A stretch of DNA of 24,000 nt, taken from Pseudactinotalea sp. HY158. Lineage in GTDB: Bacteria > Actinomycetota > Actinomycetes > Actinomycetales > Beutenbergiaceae. Position numbers and translations under genes: made by a program. The stretch spans positions 2,406,079 to 2,430,078 of the forward strand of contig NZ_CP045920.1 of NCBI RefSeq assembly GCF_009660225.1, read 5' to 3'. Below, in pieces: positions 7,733 to 16,033 of the stretch. How positions within the stretch are numbered: the first letter of the stretch is position 1; every line of letters starts with the position of its first letter. The notes beneath the pieces were generated by a model. The model did not search any database, was not told the DNA's origin, and was given only the letters and a program-made list of their open reading frames with translations.

Positions 7733-7862
7733 ATAGTCGAAGGGTCCGGGGCTCTTCGCTGTTGACGGTCTGCGGGTCGTCGGCACGCTCCGGGCCGTAC
7801 ACACCGTCCTGATAGGCCTCACGTTGTGTTCTCGCTGAACATCACGAAGCTCTCGAAGAACG

Positions 7863-8975
7863 TCAGCGCACTCGCCGGCCCCGCAGGAAGACGGCGCTCG
7901 GGCGGGCGAGCACACCGATGTCGGTCCGCGGATCCTCCGGGTAGACGACGACGTCCGCCGGCGCCCCCTCGGCGATCCCGGGCGCCCCGAGATACGTGCG
8001 CGCGGCCCACGTCGCGGCGGCGAGGACATCGGCGGCGGGCACCCCCGCGGCCACGAGCTCGGCGGCCTCGTCGGCGATCCGGCCGTGCCGGATCAGGCCC
8101 CCGGCGTCGGTGCCCACGAGGATCTGCACGCCGGCGGCGTGCATCGCGGCCACCTGCTCGTGGCGGCGGGCGTGCAGGCGTCGCATCCGTGCGGCATAGC
8201 GGGGATACCTCACACCGGCCTGGTCGGCGATCGCGGCGAAGTTGGCGATCTGCACGAGCGTGGGGGTGACGGCGACACCCGCCTCCGCGGCCCGGTCGAG
8301 CTGGGCGGGTGTCATGCCGGTGCCGTGCTCGATGCAGTCGACGCCGGCGTCGAGCAGATCCTCGACCGTCTCGGTGGCGAAGGTGTGCACCATGACCCGG
8401 GCGCCGTGGCCGTGGGCCGCCGCCACTCCCTCCCGCAGTTGCCTCGCCGTCCACAGGGGCCGCAGGTCGGCGGCGGCGCCGTCGCTCCGGTCGATCCAGT
8501 CCCCCACGATCTTGACCCAGCCGTCGCCGGCGCGGGCCTGGGCGGCCATCGCGGCCGGCAGGTCGTCCGGGTCGTCGAGCTCGTGGGCGTAATCGCGCAC
8601 GTACCGCTTCGGACGCGCGAGGTGCCGGCCGGCGCGGATGAGGCGGGGCATGCCCGTCTCGCGCCGGATCCACGCCGTGTCGGCCGGTGACCCGGCATCG
8701 CGCACGAGCAGCACCCCGGCGCGCACGTCCGCGTCCGCCTGGGCGCGGGTCGCGGCCTCATCGATCGCGCCGAGTGGGCCGAGGCCGAGGTGGCAGTGCA
8801 CATCGACGAGTCCGGGGGTGATCCAGCCCAACAGCGACTCGGGCGACTCGGGCGCCTCACCCGACTCCCCCGACTCCCAGCCGGCAGCGGACGCGAAGGT
8901 GAGCCGGTCGCCGTCGATACGAACCCGCTCGCGCTCCACCCCACCCGTGAGGACGACGCCGCTCAGCGTGGTCAC
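7863..8975 (-). CDS. Metal-dependent amidohydrolase family protein
   Basis: 370 aa. Contains LVDVHCHLG (HxH metal motif), VMVHTF, CIEHGT and ILVGTDAG, typical of the amidohydrolase superfamily. It starts 6 nt downstream of ffh, as in the M. tuberculosis Rv2915c/ffh arrangement (from memory). Confidence 0.8.
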   Translation of the reverse strand: MTTLSGVVLTGGVERERVRIDGDRLTFASAAGWESGESGEAPESPESLLGWITPGLVDVHCHLGLGPLGAIDEAATRAQADADVRAGVLLVRDAGSPADTAWIRRETGMPRLIRAGRHLARPKRYVRDYAHELDDPDDLPAAMAAQARAGDGWVKIVGDWIDRSDGAAADLRPLWTARQLREGVAAAHGHGARVMVHTFATETVEDLLDAGVDCIEHGTGMTPAQLDRAAEAGVAVTPTLVQIANFAAIADQAGVRYPRYAARMRRLHARRHEQVAAMHAAGVQILVGTDAGGLIRHGRIADEAAELVAAGVPAADVLAAATWAARTYLGAPGIAEGAPADVVVYPEDPRTDIGVLARPSAVFLRGRRVR

Positions 8976-8981
8976 GGGCGG

Positions 8982-10577
8982 CTAGTTCTTGAGGAAGTCG
9001 CCGAGGTCGCTCGGGAGCTTGCCCGGGTCGAAGTCCGCGGGCTCGGGCGCCTGCCCGAACGCCGACCCGGCGCTCGCCTGGGATTGCGAGGCGGCCTCGC
9101 GTTCCTGCTGGGCGCGCTTGGCGGGATTGCCGGACTTGCCCTTCTTGCGCTTGGGCGCCGGCGCCATCCGGCCGCGGGACTTCTTGCCGCTGCCGGGCAG
9201 GGACCCCATGCCGCCCGCACCGGGCATCCCGCCCATGCCGGGCATGCCCCCCATGCCGGGCATCCCACGGCCCCCGCTCTTGGCCATCGAACGCATCATG
9301 GTCTTGGCCTGGTCGAACCGCTGGAGCAGCTGGTTGATCTCGGTCACGGTGGTGCCGGATCCGCGGGCGATGCGGCTGCGGCGGGAGCCGTTGAGGATCT
9401 TCGGATTGTCGCGCTCACCGGGGGTCATCGAGTTGATGATCGCCTCGATCCGGTCGACCTCGCGCTCGTCGAAGTTCTCGAGCTGGTCGCGCATCTGCCC
9501 CATGCCGGGCAGCATCCCGAGCATCTTCTTCATCGATCCGAGCTTGCGCAGCTGCTGCATCTGGGCCATGAAGTCGGCGAGGGTGAAGTCGCCGTCGCCC
9601 GAGATCTTGTGGGCGATCTCGGCGGCCTGCTGCTCGTCGAAGGCCTTCTCGGCCTGCTCGATCAGGGTGAGGATGTCGCCCATGTCGAGGATGCGCGAGG
9701 CCATCCGGTCCGGGTGGAAGCGCTCGAAGTCGGAGAGCTTCTCACCGGTCGAGGCGAACAGCACGGGGCGGCCGGTGACCGTCCGGATCGACAGGGCCGC
9801 CCCGCCGCGGGCGTCGCCGTCGAGCTTGGAGAGCACGACCCCGGTGAAGCCGACGCCGTCACGGAAGGCCTCGGCCGTCGTCACGGCGTCCTGGCCGATC
9901 ATCGCATCGACCACGAAGAGGGTCTCGTCGGGGTTCACGGCGTCGCGGATGTTCGCGGCCTGCCGCATGAGTTCCTCGTCGACGCCGAGGCGTCCGGCGG
10001 TGTCGACGATCACGACGTCGTGGAGCTTGGCGCGGGCGTGCTCGACGCCGGCGCGGGCCACGAGCACCGGGTCGCCGACGCCGTTGCCGGGCTCGGGCGC
10101 CCACACGGCCACGCCGGCCTGCTCGCCCACGACCTGCAGCTGGGTCACGGCGTTGGGTCGCTGGAGGTCGGCCGCGACGAGGAGCGGGGTGTGCCCCTGC
10201 TCGCGCAGCCAGACGCCGAGCTTCCCGGCCAGCGTCGTCTTCCCGGCGCCCTGGAGGCCGGCGAGCATGATGACCGTCGGCGGGCGCTTCGCGAGGGTCA
10301 GCTCCCGGGACTCGCCGCCGAGGATCTCGATGAGTTCGTCGTTGACGATCTTGACGATCTGCTGACCGGGCTGGAGCGCCTTGGACAGGTCGGCGTCCTT
10401 GGCCTTCTCCCGCACCGCGCTGGTGAAGGCGCGCACGGCGGGCACGGCCACGTCGGCGTCGAGCAGGGCCCGGCGCACCTCGCTGATCGTCGTGTCGATG
10501 TCGGCGTCGGTGAGCCGGCCCTTGCCGCGCAGGGACTTGAGGCTGGCGGTGAGCCGGTCGGAAAGGCTGGCGAACAC
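8982..10577 (-). CDS. ffh: Signal recognition particle protein Ffh
   Basis: 531 aa. N domain (FASLSDRLTASLKSLRGKGRLTDADID), SRP54 GTPase (LAGLQGAGKTTLAGKL, DTAGRL, TKLDGDARGG), and M domain with a Met/Gly-rich tail (GMPGMGGMPGMGGMPG). GTG start with GAAGGA upstream. Confidence 0.97.
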   Translation of the reverse strand: MFASLSDRLTASLKSLRGKGRLTDADIDTTISEVRRALLDADVAVPAVRAFTSAVREKAKDADLSKALQPGQQIVKIVNDELIEILGGESRELTLAKRPPTVIMLAGLQGAGKTTLAGKLGVWLREQGHTPLLVAADLQRPNAVTQLQVVGEQAGVAVWAPEPGNGVGDPVLVARAGVEHARAKLHDVVIVDTAGRLGVDEELMRQAANIRDAVNPDETLFVVDAMIGQDAVTTAEAFRDGVGFTGVVLSKLDGDARGGAALSIRTVTGRPVLFASTGEKLSDFERFHPDRMASRILDMGDILTLIEQAEKAFDEQQAAEIAHKISGDGDFTLADFMAQMQQLRKLGSMKKMLGMLPGMGQMRDQLENFDEREVDRIEAIINSMTPGERDNPKILNGSRRSRIARGSGTTVTEINQLLQRFDQAKTMMRSMAKSGGRGMPGMGGMPGMGGMPGAGGMGSLPGSGKKSRGRMAPAPKRKKGKSGNPAKRAQQEREAASQSQASAGSAFGQAPEPADFDPGKLPSDLGDFLKN

Positions 10578-10632
10578 GGATGCGGTCCTTCGAGGCGTCG
10601 GGTATCGGGTCGTGCTGCTACAGGATAGGTGC

Positions 10633-11865
10633 TCAGCTCAGGAGGGCGTCCACGAAGTCCGCGGCGCTGAAGGGCGCGAGGTCGTCCGGGCCCTCCCCCA
10701 GGCCGACGAACTTCACGGGCACGCCGAGTTCGCGCTGGACGGCGATGACGATCCCGCCCTTGGCGGTGCCGTCGAGCTTGGTGAGCACGATCCCGGTCAC
10801 GCCGACGGCCTCGGCGAAGACCTGGGCCTGGCGCAGGCCGTTCTGGCCGGTCGTGGCGTCGAGCACGAGCAGCACCTCGCTCACGGGTGCCGCGCGCCCG
10901 ACCACGCGGGCGACCTTGCCGAGTTCGTCCATGAGGCCGGCCTTGTTCTGCAGCCGGCCGGCCGTGTCGACGATCACCACGTCGGCGCCGTCGGCGCGAC
11001 CGGTGGCGACCGCGTCGAAGGCGACGGCGGCCGGGTCGGCGCCGTCCCGGTCGGAGCGGACGACGGGCACCCCGACCCGCTCGCCCCACGTCTGCAGTTG
11101 GTCGGCGGCGGCGGCCCGGAAGGTGTCGGCGGCGCCGAGGACGACGTCACGCTCCTCGGCCACGAGCAGGCGCGCGAGCTTTCCGGCGGTGGTGGTCTTG
11201 CCGGTGCCGTTGACGCCGACCATGAGGATGGTCGCCGGGTGCGGCTCGCCGTCGTCGCCGAGGCGGGTCGCGGTCTCGAGGCTCCGGTCCATGGCCGGGT
11301 TCACGAGATCGAGCAGGAGGGTGCGCAGTTCCCCGCGCACGGAGTCCGGGTCGAGGGCGCCGGCCACGCGCGAGCGGGTGCGCAGCGCGCTCATGAGCTC
11401 ATCGGTCGGGGCCGAGCCGACGTCGGCGATCAGGAGGGTCTCCTCGAGTTCCTCCCAGTCGGCCTCGGTCAGGTGGTCGCGGGAGAGCACCGCGAGCAGG
11501 GCGCTGCCGAGGGCCCCGGAGCGGGCGAGCCGGCTGCGCAGACGCTCCATCCGGGTGCCGGCGCTCTCGGGGCGCTCGAGGGTAGGCGCCGCCTGTTCGA
11601 TCGCCCCGTCGATGTCGACGGTGTCGAGCACGCCGGCGGACTCGTCGCCCTCCGGCGGCGCGAGGGTGTCGACCCCGCCGGTGCCGGGCCCCTCGCCGTC
11701 CGACTCGGGTCGCTCAGCGGTGCCGGCGGGCGGTGTCTGCCGGGTCGGCGGCACCTCGGGGCCGCGCCGGCCACCGCGGCCGGGACGCAGGAACACGACC
11801 GTGCCGACCACGAGCACGACGATGGCGAGGGCGATCCACAGGAGCCAGGAGAAGGTATCCGTCAC
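10633..11865 (-). CDS. ftsY: Signal recognition particle receptor FtsY
   Basis: 410 aa. N-terminal TM helix (WLLWIALAIVVLVVGTVVFL), acidic/Pro-rich linker, then the SRP GTPase (VGVNGTGKTTTAGKLA, DTAGRLQNK, TKLDGTAKGG). Confidence 0.95.
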   Translation of the reverse strand: MTDTFSWLLWIALAIVVLVVGTVVFLRPGRGGRRGPEVPPTRQTPPAGTAERPESDGEGPGTGGVDTLAPPEGDESAGVLDTVDIDGAIEQAAPTLERPESAGTRMERLRSRLARSGALGSALLAVLSRDHLTEADWEELEETLLIADVGSAPTDELMSALRTRSRVAGALDPDSVRGELRTLLLDLVNPAMDRSLETATRLGDDGEPHPATILMVGVNGTGKTTTAGKLARLLVAEERDVVLGAADTFRAAAADQLQTWGERVGVPVVRSDRDGADPAAVAFDAVATGRADGADVVIVDTAGRLQNKAGLMDELGKVARVVGRAAPVSEVLLVLDATTGQNGLRQAQVFAEAVGVTGIVLTKLDGTAKGGIVIAVQRELGVPVKFVGLGEGPDDLAPFSAADFVDALLS

Positions 11866-11944
11866 ATCCCCTAGTCTGCCTCAACGACCGCGCGCCACCG
11901 AGCGGGGACCGATCCCCACACCCCGGGTGGTCGTCCTCCCCACT

Positions 11945-11984
11945 CACGAAGCAGGGCCCGTTCCCCGCACGAAGCAGGGGCCGT
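11945..11984. repeat. Two copies of a 17-bp direct repeat (CACGAAGCAGGGCCCGT / CACGAAGCAGGGGCCGT, 16/17 identical, 23-bp period) just downstream of the small membrane ORF
   Basis: Read directly at 11945-11961 and 11968-11984. Confidence 0.8.
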
Positions 11985-11989
11985 CGCGG

Positions 11990-12244
11990 TCAGGCGCGTG
12001 GGTGCGGCTCCGCCTCGCCCAGGGTCCACAGATCGCCGACCCGCAGATCACCCGTGCGGGCGGCGGGCTCGGCGATCGCGGCGGCCTCGGCCCGCACGGA
12101 GGTGAAGGCGGATCGGTCCCGCAGTGCGCCCCGATAGCGCGACCAGGCGTGCTTCCAGTCCCCACCGCGCGTCCCCAGGATCACGACGATCACGATCAAG
12201 GCGCACACGATGGCCGAGACGGTGGCGAGGACGGCTGCGGTCAT
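11990..12244 (-). CDS. Small hypothetical membrane protein (one N-terminal TM helix)
   Basis: 84 aa: MTAAVLATVSAIVCALIVIVVILGTRGG... Strongly G/C-biased third codon positions, as in neighbouring real genes. It fills the smc-ftsY gap on the same strand. GAGAAT-N6-ATG upstream suggests a leaderless start. No recognisable family. Confidence 0.55.
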   Translation of the reverse strand: MTAAVLATVSAIVCALIVIVVILGTRGGDWKHAWSRYRGALRDRSAFTSVRAEAAAIAEPAARTGDLRVGDLWTLGEAEPHPRA

Positions 12245-12353
12245 GTTCCGATTCTCACCCGCCCCGCCGCCGCGCCGGACACGGACACCCGGCCCGTCAC
12301 CGAATCTTCACGTGACCTCGCCCACCCTCACCCATCCGCACTCAGGGGCGGGC

Positions 12354-15300
12354 TCAGGCGGGTTCCCCCTGACCGAGCCGCTGGGAGATGAGGGTCGTGA
12401 CGCCGTCCCCACGCATCGTCACGCCGTAGAGCGCATCGGCAACCTCCATCGTGCGCTTCTGGTGGGTGATGACGATGAGCTGGGAGTCCTCGCGCAGCTC
12501 GCGGAAGATGTCGATGAGGCGCCCGAGGTTCGTGTCGTCGAGCGCGGCCTCGACCTCGTCCATGACGTAGAACGGGCTCGGCCGGGCCTTGAAGATCGCC
12601 ACGAGGATCGCGACCGCCGTGAGCGAGCGTTCCCCGCCGGACAGCAGCGAGAGCCGCTTGACCTTCTTGCCGGGCGGGCGCGCCTCCACCTCGATACCGG
12701 TGGTGAGCAGGTCGCCGGGGTCCGTGAGCAGGAGTCGGCCCTCGCCGCCGGGGAAGAGCCGGGCGAACACCCGCTCGAACTGCACCGCGGTGTCGGCGAA
12801 CGCGTCGGCGAAGACCTGCTCGACCCGCTCGTCGATCTCGGCCACGATCTGCAGCAGGTCCGCGCGCGAGGACTTGATGTCGGCGAGCTGACGGCTGAGG
12901 AAGTTGTGCCGTTCCTCGAGCGCCGCGTGCTCCTCGAGCGCGAGTGGGTTGACCTTGCCGAGGAGCGCGAGGGCGCGCTCGGCCTTCCGGAGCCGCTTCT
13001 CCTGCTCCGCGCGGACGAACGGCACGGGCGCGGCCTCCGCGTCGTCCTCCGCGCCCGCTGTGCCCGACGGGCCCGAGGTGGCCGGGATCAGCAGGTGCGG
13101 GCCGTAGGACTCGACGAGTTCCTCGGGGTCGAGCCCGAGCTCGTCGGCGGCCCGGGTGGCGAGCGCCTCGATCGTCGCGCGCTGGCCGGCCCGCGCCACC
13201 TCATCCTTATGGACGACGTCCGTCAGCTCCGCGTGTTCCCTCGCCAGGGCGTCGACCTGGGTGCGGACGGCGCCGAGTTCCGTCTCCCGGGCGGTCCGGG
13301 CCGCCTCGGCCTCGTCGCGGGCGCGCTGGGCCGCGGCGAGGGAGGTGTCGATCGCCGCGAGTGCGCGTTCGGCCCCCGCCTCGACGAGGTCCGCGCTCAC
13401 CCGTTGGGCCGCCCGGCCCGGGCGCGCTCGGCGGCGGCCTGGCGGTGCGGCGCTCGGTGGCCGCGACCGCTCGAGGGCGGCGGCGCGCCCGGATCGCGCG
13501 GAGCCGTTCCTCGAGGGTGCGCATGACGAGCCGGCATCGGTCTCGGCGCCGCGCGCGGTCGTGGCGGCGACGGCGGCCTCGTCGCGGGCCTCCGCCGCGG
13601 CCGTGGCCGGGTCGACACCGGCGGCGGGCCCGGCACCGGCGGCGGGCTCGTCGCGGGCCTCCCCCTCGGCGGCGGCGAGGGTGGCCGTGAGTTCGGCGAG
13701 CTCGGCGGCGATGGTCGACCGGCTCGCGTTCGCGTCCTCGATCGCCCCCGCGGTGCGCTCGGCCTCGGCGTGGCCGGCGCGCATGGTCGATCCCAGCTGC
13801 GCGAGGCGTTCGGCCACGGCGGCGAGCGCGGCGTCGGAGTCGTGCAGGGCGGCCAGGGCGGCATCGGCGTCGGACTGGGCGAGCTGCAGCGCCTCGCGCG
13901 CGGGCTCGAGGGCGGTCTCGATCCCGGCCAGTTCCCGCTCGGCGGCCGTGACCGCGGACGCGGCCTCGTCGCGGGCGGCGTGGAGTTCGAGCACGCTCGG
14001 GGAGTCGCCGGCGCCGCCGCTGGCGCGCGTCGCCGTGACGACGTCGCCGCCGCGGGTGACGGCGACGACGCCGGGGTCGCCGGCCCGGGCCACGTCGGCG
14101 GCTTCGGTCAGATCGTCCACGACCACGACCCCCTCGAGGAGGAGGAGAACGGCCCCGGCCACGTCGGGCTCCGGCGTGACGAGGTCGCTCGCCCACTCCC
14201 CCGCGACCGGTGCCGGCCGCCGCGCCGGCGCGCCGTCCCCGGCGATGACCAGGTGGGCGGTTCCGGACTCGTCGGCACGGACCCGCTCGAGCGCCGCGGC
14301 GGCGTCGTCGATGGTCTCGGCGACCGCGGCGTCCGCCCAGGTGCCGAGCGCCGCGGCGATCGCGTTCTCGTAGCCGGCGCGGACCTGCAGCCGGTCGGCG
14401 AATGCGCCGAGGATGCCGGGCACGTCGCCCTCGAGCAGGGTGCCGGTGGCGTCGCGGCGGGTGAGGCTCAGGTCGAGGGCGTCCCGGCGGGCCGTCCAGG
14501 TGGCGAGCTCGCCGCCGGTACCGCGGCGTCGTTCGGTCAGGCTCGTGACCGTCTCCTCCGCCGCAGTGAGCCGGGCCAGGGCGGCCTCGTGGGCGGTGTC
14601 GAGGTCCTCCTCGCCGGCCTCGGCACCGACCGCCTCCTGTTCGAGTCGGGCATAGGCGGACCCCGCCTCCTCGGCGCGGGAGCGGGCCGCGGCATGCCCG
14701 GCGCGCAGCCGCTCCACCTCGGCCTCGGTCGCCTCGAGTCGGCTGCGGGCCGCCGCGACCCGGCCCGTGAGGCGTGCGAGATGCTCACGGCGGTCGGCGG
14801 CATCCCGGTGCACCCGGGCGAGGGCCTTCTCGGCCTCGGCCGCGACCCCCTCCGCGTGCCTGCGTCGTTCGACGGCGGTCTCGAGCGCGGCAGCGGCCGC
14901 GGTGTGCTCGGCGGTCAGCTCGCCCTCGGTGCCACGGGCGCGGGCGGCCTGCGCGTCGAGGTCACGGGGATCCGGCCCGGTGACCGGTGCCCGGTCGTCC
15001 TCCTCGAGGAGGCGGCCCCGCTCGGCGGCGAGGGTGGCCGTGCCGCGCAGCCGTTCGCGCAGGCTCGAGAGCCGGAACCACATCTCGGCGGCCTCGTTGA
15101 GCGCGGGGGCGGCCGCGGCCGCCTCGCCCTCGAGGGCGGTGAGCCGGGCCCGGGCCTTGAGCTGGGAGTCCTCGACCTGCTCGCGGCGGGCCCGCAGGGC
15201 GTTCTCGTCGGCCTGCTCGGCCTCGAGGGCGGCCGTGAGCTGCACATAGTCGTCGGCGACCAGCCGCGCCTTCGCGTCCCGCAGATCCGCCTGCACCACG

Positions 15301-15947
15301 TGGGCGCGGCGGGCGATATCGGCCTGCTTGGCCAGCGGTCCGAGTTGGCGGCGGATCTCCGTCACGAGGTCGCCCACCCGGGCGAGGTTGGCGGCCATCC
15401 CGTCGAGCTTGCGCAGCGCCTTCTCCTTGCGCTTGCGGTGCTTGAGCACGCCGGCGGCCTCCTCGATGAAGCCGCGCCGGTCCTCGGGGGTGGCGCTGAG
15501 CATGGCGTCGAGGCGGCCCTGGCCGACGATCACGTGCATCTCCCGGCCGAGGCCCGAGTCGGAGAGGAGCTCGGCGATGTCGAGGAGCCGGCACGAGGTG
15601 CCGTTGATCGCGTACTCGCTGCCGCCCCCCTGGAACAGCGTGCGCGAGATCGTCACCTCGGTGTAGTCGATGGGGAGGGCGCCGTCGGTGTTGTCGATCG
15701 TGAGCGAGACCTCGGCGCGGCCGAGCGGCGGCCGCGACGAGGTCCCCGCGAAGATGACGTCGGCCATGTTGCCGCCGCGCAGGGTCTTGGCCCCCTGCTC
15801 GCCCATGACCCAGGCGAGCGCGTCCACGACGTTCGACTTGCCCGACCCGTTCGGCCCCACGACGGCGGTGATGCCCGGCTCGAAGTGAAGGGTCGTCGCC
15901 GAGGCGAAGGACTTGAATCCCCGCAGCGTCAACGTCTTCAGATGCAC
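12354..15947 (-). CDS. smc: Chromosome segregation protein SMC
   Basis: 1197 aa. N-terminal Walker A (HLKTLTLRGFKSFASATTLHFEPGITAVVGPNGSGKSNVVDA), long Ala/Glu/Arg coiled coils, hinge (LGAFADRLQVRAGYENAIAAALG), C-terminal signature and Walker B (LSGGERSLTAVAILVAIFKARPSPFYVMDEVEAALD). GTG start. Confidence 0.95.
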   Translation of the reverse strand: MHLKTLTLRGFKSFASATTLHFEPGITAVVGPNGSGKSNVVDALAWVMGEQGAKTLRGGNMADVIFAGTSSRPPLGRAEVSLTIDNTDGALPIDYTEVTISRTLFQGGGSEYAINGTSCRLLDIAELLSDSGLGREMHVIVGQGRLDAMLSATPEDRRGFIEEAAGVLKHRKRKEKALRKLDGMAANLARVGDLVTEIRRQLGPLAKQADIARRAHVVQADLRDAKARLVADDYVQLTAALEAEQADENALRARREQVEDSQLKARARLTALEGEAAAAAPALNEAAEMWFRLSSLRERLRGTATLAAERGRLLEEDDRAPVTGPDPRDLDAQAARARGTEGELTAEHTAAAAALETAVERRRHAEGVAAEAEKALARVHRDAADRREHLARLTGRVAAARSRLEATEAEVERLRAGHAAARSRAEEAGSAYARLEQEAVGAEAGEEDLDTAHEAALARLTAAEETVTSLTERRRGTGGELATWTARRDALDLSLTRRDATGTLLEGDVPGILGAFADRLQVRAGYENAIAAALGTWADAAVAETIDDAAAALERVRADESGTAHLVIAGDGAPARRPAPVAGEWASDLVTPEPDVAGAVLLLLEGVVVVDDLTEAADVARAGDPGVVAVTRGGDVVTATRASGGAGDSPSVLELHAARDEAASAVTAAERELAGIETALEPAREALQLAQSDADAALAALHDSDAALAAVAERLAQLGSTMRAGHAEAERTAGAIEDANASRSTIAAELAELTATLAAAEGEARDEPAAGAGPAAGVDPATAAAEARDEAAVAATTARGAETDAGSSCAPSRNGSARSGRAAALERSRPPSAAPPGRRRARPGRAAQRVSADLVEAGAERALAAIDTSLAAAQRARDEAEAARTARETELGAVRTQVDALAREHAELTDVVHKDEVARAGQRATIEALATRAADELGLDPEELVESYGPHLLIPATSGPSGTAGAEDDAEAAPVPFVRAEQEKRLRKAERALALLGKVNPLALEEHAALEERHNFLSRQLADIKSSRADLLQIVAEIDERVEQVFADAFADTAVQFERVFARLFPGGEGRLLLTDPGDLLTTGIEVEARPPGKKVKRLSLLSGGERSLTAVAILVAIFKARPSPFYVMDEVEAALDDTNLGRLIDIFRELREDSQLIVITHQKRTMEVADALYGVTMRGDGVTTLISQRLGQGEPA

Positions 15948-15959
15948 GGGCTCAGCCTA
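15948..15959 (-). promoter_or_regulatory. Candidate -10 element for leaderless smc (TAGGCT - 6 nt - GTG)
   Basis: Minus strand reads cccagTAGGCTgagcccGTG. This is the same hexamer and spacing as upstream of the islet operon (7709-7697). No SD sequence is present and no convincing -35. Confidence 0.35.
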
Positions 15960-16000
15960 CTGGGCGCCGGGGCGACGTTCGTGGACCCGGCCGACTCCCC

Positions 16001-16033
16001 GTCGGCTACAGGTCGGTTACAGCTCGGCTACAG
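16001..16033. repeat. 11-bp x3 tandem repeat (GTCGGCTACAG / GTCGGTTACAG / CTCGGCTACAG) spanning the ndk stop codon, upstream of the smc start
   Basis: Read directly. On the minus strand it is CTGTAGCCGAG CTGTAACCGAC CTGTAGCCGAC. It lies 42-80 nt upstream of the putative smc -10. Confidence 0.85.

Noticed and set aside
8790-10628. Long plus-strand ORFs: 137..1486, 2070..3518, 3506..4576, 8790..10628, 10381..11874, 10580..12391, 12210..13526, 13770..16274, 16537..18915, 19039..20193 and 19652..21397
   Set aside because: Each lies antisense to a minus-strand gene with clear family motifs (lepB, trmD, ffh, ftsY, smc, the hydrolase, dhaM and others). Their translations are Arg/Gly/Pro/Ala/Val/His-rich low-complexity strings with no recognisable motifs. 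At this GC content stop codons are rare in every frame, so long shadow ORFs are expected.
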